DNA of 64,000 bases from Azolla caroliniana (taxonomy: Eukaryota; Plantae; Polypodiophyta): positions 1,798,001 to 1,862,000 of the forward strand of contig JBHGNT010000018.1 of the NCBI GenBank assembly GCA_043228905.1. Reading direction: 5' to 3'. Positions 1-13,600 of this stretch are shown here, piece by piece (position 1 is the stretch's first letter; every line of letters starts with the position of its first letter). The notes beneath the pieces were generated by a model. The model saw nothing but the letters and a program-made list of their open reading frames with translations. It made no database searches and was not told the DNA's origin. Made by a program: the position numbers and the translations under genes.

Positions 1-232
1 TTTCCTTCATTGGTATTAACATATCATAGGCTCATGTATACTAACCAACCTCACGAGTCAGATTCATGACCTTGTCCTTTATAGATTCTTCCTATCAATG
101 ACTACCAAAAGTTTCGAGCACATGCATGTGGTTGTCAATAATGTGAATCTCCTTGTGCATGCTCATATACCATAATGAACGAGGAATGGAGCCATTTTGT
201 ATAAACATGATGCAAAGAACTATAGCAATAGC

Positions 233-1438
233 TGTAAAAAGTTGCTCGGGCAGAAAAAGAGAACTCGTGTGTCAGAAGGTGTTTTGACGATAGAATTGTG
301 AGGGGTATGTATGGCAGAAAGGTTTACTGGGCAGGAAGCTCGAAGAGAAAGGGTAAATAAAAATTCAGGGACCAAGAGAACAAACTAAAGCTCGAAGAGC
401 AAGGGTCAATTTAGTATTTAGAAGGAAAGCCCAGTGAGACTAAAGAGTGTATAGATATACAACCTGCACCAACGATTTTCTCTATGTGTCAGTCAGTGTG
501 TCAATCGCTCGGAAGTTGATTGAGATTCTTCCGAGCTTCGCTTGATGAATCAAACGAGTTTTAGGAAATCATGGGAGCTTCGGAATTAAAAAAGAAGAAG
601 AGCTCGTGAGATTTGCTTCCCTCGGCGGTCTCTCTTTATGGGCCTTACTTTTGTTCTACCGCAACTGAGAGGGGGGTTTGGGGAGGCGGGGGGGGGGGGG
701 GGGGGGGGGGTGTCAGGGGTCCGATATGAAAATGTGATGCCGATTGGTCGGGTAAAAAGTGTCCTGGTAAAATTGGAGAGTCATTTTTTTGGAAACAAAA
801 TAAATAAAAATAATAAATAATAAATAATAATAAAATTGGAGAGTCAGGACTCAGGAGAGGGACACACACTATTACTAGAATAAGTGGGTCAACAAAAAAT
901 AATACAAATTTAATAAATAATTAATAATCATAATAAATCAATAAAAAGATGACTAAAAAGAAAACACGAACCCACACACACAAAAAAAACACAAAATAGA
1001 AAAAAGAAAAAAGAAAAAAGAAGAAGAGAGAAGTAACAACAAAATTGGACACGGATGACGTGGCATGCGGGCGACGTCAGCGAATCTGAATCTCTGCGGA
1101 GCGACTGAGAGAGGCTGACGTCGGCGTGACGTCGGTCCTACGCGATGACAGCGACCGCTGTCACGTGACGGTCAGGTGACGTCATCCTATAATTTTCCTT
1201 CTCTCGTTTTTTTTGTTTTCGAGTTTTGCTTTTTGGTTTTTTTGGACGGGAGCTCACATGAGAAAACCGAATAAAGAAAAAGGCAAGCCTTAATAAATAA
1301 AACTTTCTAAATTAATTGGGGTTTATTTTTTCTTCGCTTTTAAAATTTTATTTATTTGTAGTACAAATTTTGGAGAGTGAAGAAAAATAAAAAGAAAAGA
1401 TTAGAATAATTGGGCGGGGGTGTCCAAAAATTGTCACA
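233..1438. mobile_element. Possible solo LTR or TE remnant (CpG-rich, G-run, ACGT cluster)
   Basis: Begins TGTAAAAAGTT and ends AATTGTCACA (TG..CA, loosely inverted ends). Contains a long G-run at ~687-710 and a CpG-rich TGACGT cluster at 1056-1184. No matching TSD found. Confidence 0.3.
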
Positions 1439-4400
1439 ATTTGAGACACACATACCCAAAACTCACGTGACCTCTTGTCCCTTGGACAACACGAGGAAGT
1501 TCTATGTACCAAAACACGTACCCACACACACATTGACACCCCACGCACACCCCGATACAAGACATATAACATGTGTTCCGGAAGGAAAAAACAATCGACC
1601 CGAAGCCCTCCCTCGTCTTCCCTGCAATCTCGTCTTCTTAAAAGTCAACATGAGAGCGAAGACAAGAAGAGGAACGAAAAGAAAACCTTCCCTTTCTTTC
1701 TTTGATGACGATTCACGAATCGCTATATAAGCTTGACATCGACTTGAATATTATCAGTACCTTTTCTGCTCTCTCAGAACCTAAGGATGGATAGTATATC
1801 GTGAACCCACCTGTTACACACACACACACACAATGTGCATTCAAGTCACAATTAATCCAACGAAACGTACCATTTTCCTATTCAATATGTGAATATTTCT
1901 GTTAAAACTTTCATGCACGTACATGTGTAGATAATGCTTACTCAAAGGGCTTCTTAAAGTCTCTTCTTGCTTCATATATATATGTGTGTGTGTGCGTGCA
2001 TGACCCCTCCTAATATCTACGTACATACACGTACAACAATGGTTATATGGTGATAGACAGAGAAAAACAATCGACCAATGAAGCTTTTACACTATAATTG
2101 CCGATTGAGGCACTTATTTGTTGGGTATGTGAACCAAATGACATTATTTATAGGCAAACGCGGAAACCTCTTTAGAATTACATTTATCGATATAAAAGTA
2201 CATAAATTAGTGCAGATTTCGATGTTTGTATCATATTTTCTTTAGATTGTTATGGAACTTGTGAAAGTTCTGAGTGTTGTAACTATTTCAGTCAATAGAA
2301 AGTGATTGAGAAAGGGACACAATGCATATACTAGTTTCCATCCTTTTCCCTTTTTACACTCTCACCTAGCTCATTATATTTTTCATAATTACCAAAGCTT
2401 TTAAATACTTTAATATAGTGTCACTTTGCTAGAATGCACAATCTTTATAAATTTGGTTCTTCAAGCATTGTTTTATTCATTGAGAGAGAGGATATGCTTT
2501 GTTAAAGGAATCTGAATATGAAGGTTTCTAAATCACAATGAATGTAGTCATAATTTGTAGGGGCTAATTATGAACTTTGGTTTTTGAAAGGACATTTGGG
2601 CTTCGGGTAATTAGAGACGAGTAATACACTTATAACTAATATAGTTTCATATAAGGTAACCAATGTTTGATCATCTTTAACTGTTGGGATGGATTCACTA
2701 GTAAGAAAATAATGAAAGAAACCCACATCTAGCATATGGAAGCATGATATTAACAACTTTGCGTTATGTTAAGATGAAATCTATTTTGCTTCAGCCATCA
2801 CCTTTGATGCACATGAGCATGTAGCGTGTTGATGCAAATTCATGTCACACTCGGGAGTTGGAAATTAAACGAAACAATAGTTACTAGCTAACTATATAAA
2901 AATGCCTCGTGTTAGCAATAGAATAGTTTAAATGCTTATAAAAACTAGTGCTTTCTCAAGGGTTGCCAAAAACCATGGTAAACAACAACATTTGCACATC
3001 GTATTTTAATGGCTATGTTCAATGGTAGTGATATTCTACACATGTCTTTGTGGTATGCCAAAAGATGTTGACTAAAGTTTATGTGATTTAGAGTTTTTGA
3101 AAAGATTACTATTATTCTCCTAAAAAGAATGGTGTGGATGCTAGCTATGAAATATCTAAATCTATGAGGTGATTTCAATAGAAGGTATTTTCTAGATACT
3201 CGTGTTGTATATGTCTTACAGACATAATTAGGCGCACCATATTTATAGTAAATAGATAATTACAAGTTGAATAAAAAAACTTGGAAGTCCCACAAACAAT
3301 TAAATTATAAATAAAGGTTTTTATAACTACACCTTGAATGCATATGGTATAGCCCTTCGAGTTGTTCAAGTACAATCTATATTGAACATGGGAAAGTAGA
3401 GAAACACAAAGATGTAATTAAGAGTCCCAATACTATTCTATGAGTAGTGATCCCATACAAATAAATAAAAACAAGTTTTCTTTCGCATTAAAGTGCTAGG
3501 GGTCATATGATCAGCTTATTAGAACAATTTAGAAAAAAGCACTCTGGTTTATATGTCAACCATCTTATTGATAAGAATGCAAAAGTTATAATCTTGCTAA
3601 GGTAAATTAGAGGAACGAAATTTGCTTTAGGTAAAAAACCTTGTGTTATTCTCTAATGGGAGGGCCTTGATAACAAGTAAGCAAGCAATTATCTATCGTC
3701 TTTAGTTTTTCAACAATATGCAATATTGACATTACATGTGGGTTTGAGTGATTTCAAATTACAACTAGCTCCTTCTCCTTGATATAACAATGTAGTGTTA
3801 GGTCGCCAATACAACTAACACAATGTTCACCTGTAACTATACTATCCTCTAAATTTTACCAATCATGTATTTGATGGATCGCCAATTTCCACATGTGATC
3901 AATACGTTAGGGAGGAGTATGACATGTTTTAATCCCAACCCAATAACAACCGAATACTCTCTACCCCACTTATGACAAGCACACCACCCTACACATACAT
4001 TAGGAACCCATGGACTATATGTCAAGGAAGACCATATTAATGGATTCCACCTTTTTAAGTTAAGGTTGAACAAACCAAGAGTAGTACCTTTTAATGGATT
4101 GGGACCAACACATGGTTCGATTGTAATGTCACTACCATTCCTTGAAAGAGGAAAGGTGTGACATATTAAGTGTTGATGTACATACAATACATTTTGACAC
4201 GAGTTATGGTGGAAGCCAATTTACATGTGAATGAGATAATGAAACGAAATCTAGCTAATAAGTGTCCTCGTAAGCTTATAACAAAATAATGTAATATATG
4301 TATGTCCAACGGTCAACCTGTTTACAACACTTATATAGATAGATCTACAGATAGACAAGAGTTATACAATGGAATATATAGATCAATGATAATATCATGA

Positions 4401-4604
4401 AAGATCTAATGATAGTATTAGTAGTACTACACTCAAATCATTAGTACAAGGGGCATCAACAACTGCTACTTAAAGTTGACTTAAAGGGAGTGTGATTAAT
4501 CATGACGCCTTAATATATATATATATATATATAAGTAGATATAATCGATCATAAGTGTGTCATTATTAGTTAAGGCTAATATACTGATGATGATTAATTT
4601 GTTG

Positions 4605-7600
4605 TTAATGAATCCTAGACACATTACTAGGTGCATGTGCCATAAGGTCATGGCTAGTGCTAGTTGAGGAGTCATCATGAGAGGCACCCCCTAGTTTGTG
4701 AACAAAGGCCATAAGGGAGGAGGAGGTATTGGTGGTATTCATGTCATGGTGGTGGAGGTGATGCTCATGACTATGGGGGGTTGGGCCATGGGAGCTAGAA
4801 TTAGAGGAAGACTTGATGTGATGCTGCTTGTCGAGCTCGTCCCGAAGCTCGTGGGCTTGCTCCATGCGGTCGTACTCGTCCACGAGCTTCTGGTGTTGTT
4901 GCTGTTGGAGGTCGAGGATGTCCTTCACGAACATCTCGACTTGCATCGATTTGATCTTCGTGTCGAAGAACTTGGTACCCAAATGTTGTTGTTGTTGTTG
5001 TTGTTCATGGTGGGGCACATGGATCATGCCGTTCGATCCCGTGCCTGTGCTCGTAGTGGCGGTGCCGCCTTGGTTTTGGCCCGCACTGTAGTGCCGATCG
5101 GTCGGGAAGAACGCGGATTGGCTACCCCCATCCAACATTCGGATTAGTTTCTGTTGTTGTTGTTGTTGATCATTGGTACCTATGTCCTTACCGGACGAGT
5201 TCCCTCCGTGACCCGGCTCCAAATGGTGGAACTTCATGCCGAGCTCGACACTCGAGTCGTCGGCCATGGCATTCATGCTCGGCTCACGCTCCCCTCCGCC
5301 ATGGCTCACATTCTTCTGCGTGTTCTGATCCGCCGCCGCGTTGCTCATGCTCTCATGGTGGTTATGCTGCATGTTGAATTGATCACTACCATGCTCAATC
5401 TCATTGTCATCTTCCTCTTCTTCTTCTTCTTCGTCTTCCTCATCCTCCTCATGCCCTTGATCTTTGGTGTTATACTCCAGCAGGTTGTCATGGCTGGCCC
5501 CTTTGCCAAGCTTGGAGGCATGAGTAGAGGAAGAGGAGGTGAGGATACCTCTTTCATATAGGGTATCCAATTGATGGAAGTAAGGGCATGTCTTGGCATT
5601 CTCCGGCCGCTTCTTGCTACTGTCTTTCGTCTTCTTGAAGTACTTGTTGATGTTCTCCCACTTCTCTTTACATCGTTTAGGGCTCCGGATGAAGCCCAAG
5701 CAGGCCATGGAAGCAGAGATCTCTTGCCACAGGTGGGCCTTGGGCCCGGCCTCGCGGAACCGAGGCTCCATCCCGCTCCGCAGGCGGATGAGCGCGTGGA
5801 CCTCGGCTTTCGGCCATCGCCGGGTGTTCATGCTGTTGAGATCCCCGCAATTCGGGTCCATGCCGGCATTGAAGCTATTGCTATTCATTTCATGATGCAT
5901 GTGGTGTTGAATGTCTAGGGATCCATGGCCGGCACCGGGGCCGCCCCCCTGGAAATTCATGGATGTGGCCGGGAGCGTGCCCGTGCCCGTGCCCGGTTGC
6001 ATGTGATACGCACCGCCTGGGCCGCCGGAGCCCCCATGGAGGGAGATCATATGGCTGGAAGGATGCATGCAAAGCTCATTGGACACCGCCCCGTGGGCAC
6101 CGGGCGTGGGATGCATTATGTTCCCTGGCCCGGGTCCGCCTCCGGCCGAGCCCATATTTTGCATGCCCATCATGTGGCGTGTGTGGTCACCGCCTCCCCC
6201 ATGGCCCGGTCCCGACCCCGCGGCTGCCTTCTCTAGGAACGCGATGAGGGCCGCATCCCGTGCCGCCGTCACAGCCACCTCCTGTGCCCTTATGTCGTGC
6301 TCCCGGTTGAGCCTCGCCACCTCCTGCCTCCGGTACGCCTCCTCGCGCACCGCCCGCTCCCGTTCCTTCGCCTCGATAGCCTCGAGGAACGCGCGGTGGA
6401 GATCCTCTTGCCGCTCGATGATCTGACGGCTCAGCTTCTGGAAGAATCTCTTGGACGGCATCCACGAATTCGGCTTCCCGGACATCGGCACGGCATCGCG
6501 GACATTCATGTTTCCTTCGAATTCTTGTCCACAGGTTTCGTCATCGTCATCTTCTTCCTCCGATAAGGATGTATCTCTTCTTCTCTTTGTGGATGTAGGG
6601 GTAGTGGACATGATAGTCATGTATTGTTTGTTCTTCTCTAGGTGATGGATATTATCTTCATGACATAGGTGATTAGTTGTCATGAGGTTAAGATGGTGGT
6701 TGTTACCCACATTCACGTTGTTTCTTGCATGGCCACCTTCCGACGAGAAGTCTGATGGATCGTTTGATCGATGGTGGGCAGCATTGAGAATATTGTGATG
6801 ACCACCTGTCCAATTCATCCATCCATCCATTACTATTCAACACTCAGATCATTTGATTCAATATATATATATATATATATTCATAGTAATTTACAACACC
6901 ATTAATTTGCATCACATACCATCATCATCATCATGATATACAAGAGACAACCTGAATGAATCTGTTGAACATATAGATCTATTACATTGCAAAGGAATTA
7001 TAACATATAGTTCAACATAATTGACATCAAGGATGTTTATAATTTTCGGCCATATCTATAACTTGACATCCATTAATCGTATTCCCAAGACATGTACCTT
7101 ATTAAGGTTTGTTGATCTTTTGTATCATACAACATCTCTTCCATGTAAAACTACACTTTTCAACAATATGGACTTCATGGCAAGAGATGTTGTATATATA
7201 TCTTATTAGTCTTATGTAGGCACTCAACGTACCTTATGTGAACCTCATGTCAATGCACCTCTTGGATACTCGAGACATATTGCGTACAATATATTAAACG
7301 TCCCATGCAACAAAGGGATAGTACATGCAGCCCTAATTGGGAATTAACACATAATTTGACAAACACTATAGACTAACACTAGACATATAAGAACCACTAC
7401 AAGTCAATTCTAATTATTGCTACCTATAAGCTCACGATGATCATTTAGTGTGCACTTGGATACTGACAATAGTTCTCACCCCTTGCTAAAGTTGGAAAGC
7501 TTAATATCAATCCGCAAACATGTTTGTCTTCCACTCTCGAATAGTGAGATGTAATTAATGTTAATAAGGTGTAATTGTATGCATCCAGAAAGTCTATTGA

Positions 7601-10600
7601 TATATTATACTAGAATGGGGGAAAGAAGGGAATTAATGTATGAATTATTGGTTGGATGAAAAGTAACAAACTAGCAATGTGTGATTATCTTTTTTCAACT
7701 TCGATCTAAGGTATTGGTTGTATACAATGAGTGTTCATCCTAGGATATAATTGTGGGATATACTCCAATCTCAACATGGTAAAAAAAAGTAGTTGTATTA
7801 TAGAAGTAGATAGATATAATGATGAAATAGGAATTACAATTCTAGGTCCAATGTTAAGAAATTAAATATTATTTTAAAGTTGAACTACTGTGAGCATGCC
7901 TTAATATAATTTCATTTGAGCATAATGCAACTAAGTGGAGATTTAACATCGACATTGGCATCAAACTCACAAACATACATACATACATACATACATATAT
8001 GTTATGTCCATGGGAATACATGTACTCCTAACTATAACTCCAAGAAGCTATAATATGAACCTATTTGAATGTATTGTGCGCCATGGGTATCTCATATTGG
8101 CTTGGTATTTGTAATGTGCTTATGTCATCAACATGTTGATGATCACGGACAATTACTTTTATACATGCATCCCCATGACGACACACCATGGGGACTTTAT
8201 GATGACAAGGCAATTGTGGTGTACTACGAGCATACTCATGCCGACAATAACACGACGACTTTGATACAACATGAAGTTGTACTTGGGGAGTTTGTGAACA
8301 ATATATTCTCGATAAGAATGTCACTTCTACATAATATAATATAATATTATTTATCCTTTATATTTCCAAGTCAATTACTGATTTGGAAAACTTAGTACCA
8401 TGTAGTTTTGAATTTAATAAAAGTTATTAAAGGATACCTAATCATGTGTTGGCAAGTAAATTGGTCGATGCACATCTATCAATGGTGCTTATGCCATTAT
8501 TCATGATATTTTCCTTGTTGGGAATATTGAATATTCATCGTGTATCTTCTCTAAACAGTCTCTAATGTTAGTAAATGGTACCAATGTTAATACATCATGG
8601 ATGGAAATTACAACATTTCTCATGAGATGACGGTCGGGGTTGGCCTATATCTAGTACCATTGGCCTCATGGTGTTAAATATCAAGACTAGTATTGGTCAC
8701 GTCATGATGTTAATAGACCTTGACGCTTGAGTACTTTATTGTGATGAAGCTCCAATAGTGTCAAGGGGTGTGCTAGGAGTTTATCATCACATAGTTTAAA
8801 TGCAAGTCCGTAACATATTGTGAGGTGTGATAAGGAACCTTGATTAGTCAAGGTATAGCATTACGATCTTGACTGATTGTTAGAAATGGAGAAACCACTA
8901 TCCCGCTTGTGAGTGGTTTAAATAAAATAAGGTCATGTGTGGGTGTAGTGTTATTGTTAGTCTCCACAACATAGATATGTAGAGGTTGCTAATAGCTAAT
9001 GTACTAATGGACACATGTAGTAGTTATCATATGGACTGTATGAAATTTGTTGGTAATATTCATACACCAACTTACTTGGTAATGAGACCTCCAACAAGAA
9101 AATTTTTGTTTTTACATTATAGTGGAAAATATCCTACTATATTCAAAGAATTAAACATTACATTACAAAGTTTAAAATGCTTCGTTGATTAGTACTAACC
9201 ATCAATATTGCCTTGTTTGTAGTTATTTTGTAGGCTCTCCAATTTCTCCTTGCACTCTTGAGGGCTCTTTTGATAACCCATATCTTCAAGTTTCCTGTCA
9301 AAAGGGAGCATATAAAGTTAGAGATACGACTATTAAATTATAAAATGGTCTTAATGCCTCTTTTTGTTCACACAAGTATGGACCCTAAGTTACTCACACG
9401 CATTATCCTCATAAATTAGAAAAACCTTGTGAATAGAGCAAGAGCTAACAATTACTGCCTTTAGTAATATAAGTAATCATTAGTTGTGTTAGACTTTTCC
9501 ATGGACAAAGAAGTTCTAGTGACTCTATAAGGGAACAATATGTTCATAAACTCATGTCGGTAGTTGGTCAATAGACAGACAATAAGGCCTTCTAATAGCC
9601 AGACATCGTGGCAGGACATATTATTACTTGAGAAAGATACTAACATGACCACCATTGAGGCAAGCCTTCTTAGAATGCGCATTATATAATCATGGAACAA
9701 TCTTACTTTATGATGACGCATTAACAAACCACTTTAATGAATGTTGCTAGATAATGATGTTTAATATGCATGGTACTAAAATTTCTATAGATAAATTAAT
9801 GTAGGATGTCTACCAATAATGCCATCAAGGTGTAGCTAAACAAGAATTTATGTTACTTATGCTATTCTTACAAGGATGCAACAATATTAATTTGCTTTTT
9901 TGGAAAAAAAGAAACAATATTAATTTGCATCAATCGCTACTTGTGAATAAGACATATGTGATTGAATAATACGGATATTGGACGAAAATTGAATGAACAC
10001 ATCTACGGGATACATATTTAAATTTCAAGTAGAGCCAAATAATTGGAAATGCATCTAAATATATACAACTCTGACAAAAGCCAGACATTGTGCACTCTAA
10101 TTATATTGTGCAAAGAGTCGACTTAAAGTTTGTGGGATGGGTTAAGCCGAGGTGTTTGATAGCCATTGCTAAAAGCTCGTTCTTCGTACCAGTCTTACAT
10201 AAATGTAACTCCATCACAAATGTCAAGGCTTTATTAAACTGGTTAACTATCCATTGACTAAGAAACCATTGGAAATGAGCTGAATTTAGTAAGTTTAAGG
10301 GTCCACTAGTTCAGAAGCCGAGGGTTGTCAGTTATTTCCTTTTCATTAACTAAGAAGCCATTGGAAATGAGCTGAATTTAGTAAGGTTCAGAAGTCCACT
10401 ACAAAAGGCAAGGGTTGGAAGTTATCTTCTTTTGGGGGGGGGTCCCTATTTATTTAATTCTCTCGAATAAATAAATAGATATTCTTAATTAAGCCTCTTA
10501 TTTATAGAATAATTAGGTCTTATTAGAAACAGGCCGTACGAGTGACGTGGAAATAAGAAGACGGCGGGAAGTGCAGTTGCATTAAATGCAGAGAGCATTA

Positions 10601-13600
10601 AATGTATCGCTAATGTCGAGAAATAGGAGATATCTATCTATCTCTCTCTGTCCACAATATATTTTATTTATTTATATGAAAATAGATATGGATTATATAT
10701 TTATTTATTTATTTATTTCGTCATATTACAAACATTTGTTTTTTAATTATATATAAAATATTTACTGCACGGAGAAGTACATAAACGCAATTTATGTTAC
10801 TGCAAAAAGGAGTTATTAACGAGAAATAAATAATAAATAAGCTATTTATGAGTGCTTATTATTCAATTAAGTTATTATTATTTTTTTAAAATTCCGGGCA
10901 AACTGCAAGTTGGAGGGGGGGGGACAGAAACATAAATTTCTATAAATTAGCGAAGGAGCAGAGAAACTCTTCTGCATTTAATAATAGTTAATGGTACTCT
11001 CGATTTCTGCGCCACGGAGTCGTAATCCAAAGCCTCTTATTTAGTTTATTTATCCTTTTATTTGATTTTATTTATTCGATTTAATTATCTGAGCACCGGG
11101 AGGGGAGGCAGCAGCAGCAGCAGGCGGAGAAAAGCAGAAAGCAGAAAGCAAAAAGCAAAAAGCAGGAAAGCAAGAAAATAAAAGCCGAGGCCCCCGCCCC
11201 TGTCATGGCTGCAGAAAAGAGAGAGAAGAAAAAAACAAAAAAGCAAAAAGTGGAGCAGGGGAAGAGGAGATGGATGGGGAGCAGGGGAACAGGGTAAAAA
11301 AAAAGTTGACTATACAGACTGCCATAAAAATCAGAACCAGTTGTTCATCATCAATATTAAAATCAAATATATATATATACATATATATATTTCATTAACT
11401 AATTAAGCATATATATGCCTATATATGTGTATGTAATCCTTGTCTGCAGGAAAACAAAAAAATGGAAATATTTATTTGCAGAAAAGTATATATATCCTTA
11501 ACTAATTATGCATATATACTTATATATGTACATATATGTGTATGTAATTCTTGTCTGCAGGAAAAAAATAAAATTGGAAATATTTATGTGCAGAAAAGTA
11601 TATACATATATCATTAACTAATTACATATATTTATATGTATGTAATTCTTGTCTGCAGGAAAATGGAAATACTTATATATATATATATATATGCAGAAAA
11701 AGATGTGGTCTGCTGAAGTTGTGAGAGCGTCACCAGACTGTACTTCCATGAAATGCATACAAGAAGAAGAAGAAGAAGAAGAGAGAGAGAGAGAGAAGAG
11801 ATGAGGCAATTAGCAGAGCAAAAGCCAAACTGAAAAAGCAGAAAAGCACAAAAAACAAAAAAAAATAAGCCAGAAATTAAAGCACAAACCAAAAGTCAAG
11901 TAGCCTGGGATTGTGTCATCATTGATCTCCCTTCCTTTTTTTCTTCTTTTTTTTTTACCATGCCGTGAAGGAAGGATTCATGCCGTGATTAGGAAACGGT
12001 CCTATAATTATGCTGTCATTAAGGACGGGTTAACTGCCATGATGCTGTAACAAAGACTGAATAGGGTGTGATTAAGGAAGATTTAAGCGTACCTGGGGTA
12101 TGATTAAGGAAATGTAAGTGGCCTAATTTTAGTCACAAGTCATAAAAAGGACTAACATTACTCGATTGCGAAAGGAAACGTTAAGTGGCAGAATCCCTCC
12201 ATGAGAATGCCAAGAGCTTCAATGATCGACAATTATGTCTATAAATAGGGGTGTATAAATTAAGGAAATGGAATTCTCGAGTGGTTAAGGAACTGGGAAG
12301 ACTCTGCAGTTAGGATATGATTTAAGAAAGACTAAGAATTCTTATAGAATGATTAAGCGGGTCGAATTACTTCGGTAGGGTGGGATTGGGAAGCTCCAAT
12401 GGTAAGATTAATATCCCTTCCCTTGCAGTGTGAGCAGTTTATATATATGGCTAAATTTAAATAAAACACCTAAGCAGATGAATGGCATGATTAAGGTAGT
12501 GTAGTTATTAGAACTAATTAAGGGTTACTAATGTTTAATGGAAGGGGAATGCATATGGTATTAAATTGGCTTATTAAGTGCAAAATGATAAGAAGAGAAG
12601 ATGAATGAGTACATTTTGAAAGAACTGGGCTTTAAATTTGAGCTAAGGCTTAAAAAGTTGGAACTTGGAAGTGTTCATGCGGAAAAGATAGCAATCCACA
12701 TCATCAGCATCAGCATTCATCACCATTGGGGCCAATTTAATGTTGATGGATGGGTGGATGAATAATTAGAGCTAGACACAGAATACTTGCGTTTAAATTC
12801 ATGGCTTAGATTAGGTTAAATCATCCGAAAAAGAGTAAAACAGTAGAATCAGATTAGATTAATAATCCGAAAATGATTAAATCAACAGCACCAGATTAGG
12901 TTAAAAAATGCAAAACAGAATAAAAACAGCAGCTCCATCCAGATTAGGTTAATAATCCAAAAAAGATTAAAACAACAGCTCCATCCAGATTAGGTTAAAA
13001 AATGCAAAACAGAATAAAAACAGCAGCTCCATCCAGATTAGGTTAAATACTCCAAAACAGATCAAAACAAGCAGCTCCATCCAGATTAGGTTATATACTC
13101 CAAAACAGATTAAAACAGCAGCTCCATCCAGATTAGGTTATATACTCCAAAACAGATTAAAACAACAGCTCCATCCAGATTAGGTTAAATAATCCGAAAA
13201 AGATTAAAACAGCAGCTCCATCCAGATTAGGTTAAATAATCCGAAAAAGATTAAAACAGCAGCTCCATCCAGATTAGGTTAATCGAAGCAATTCGATAAT
13301 CATAACATGAAATTAGGGTGTAGCATGAGGCACAATTGGAGAGACCAGGATTTGCACACCTCGAGAGCTCGTCGGAAAGGAAACTAAGAGAAGCTCGTTG
13401 CAGGTGTTCCGGCAGGCTGGAACGGATGGTGATGAGAGCGGCTGTCTCGTCGGCAGTCCATCCGAGTGCGAACACGGCCATACCGCTACTGCTTTCCATA
13501 TCATGTCCGGCTCCGGCTCCGGCCACCATATTCAGCTTCCAGCTCCGGATGTGGTCGAGGTTCATATGATGGCTATGGCTATGGCTAGCATTAAGGTCAG

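Noticed and set aside
2500-4290. Possible old element bounded by weakly similar segments at ~2826-2930 and ~4170-4275, including ORF 3849-4187
   Set aside because: The similarity is only a few short words, with no coding motif or TSD.
4698-6645. Many antisense and alternate-frame ORFs over trihelix exon 3
   Set aside because: They are shadow ORFs of GC-rich, low-complexity coding sequence.
4605-6830. 741-aa ORF as a standalone single-trihelix gene, with the 320-aa ORF (13251-14213) as a separate gene
   Set aside because: In-phase splice sites and the bridging exon at 9294-9200 join them into one GT-2-type protein.
9480-9900. Ancient RTE-like 3' fragment (WQD..LEK..NMTTIEASLLRMR) in trihelix intron 1
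   Set aside because: The resemblance is short and riddled with stops, so it cannot be supported without a search.
12808-13283. CRISPR-like repeat-spacer array
   Set aside because: The linkers are related variants of each other rather than unique spacers, there are no cas genes, and the context is a plant intron.
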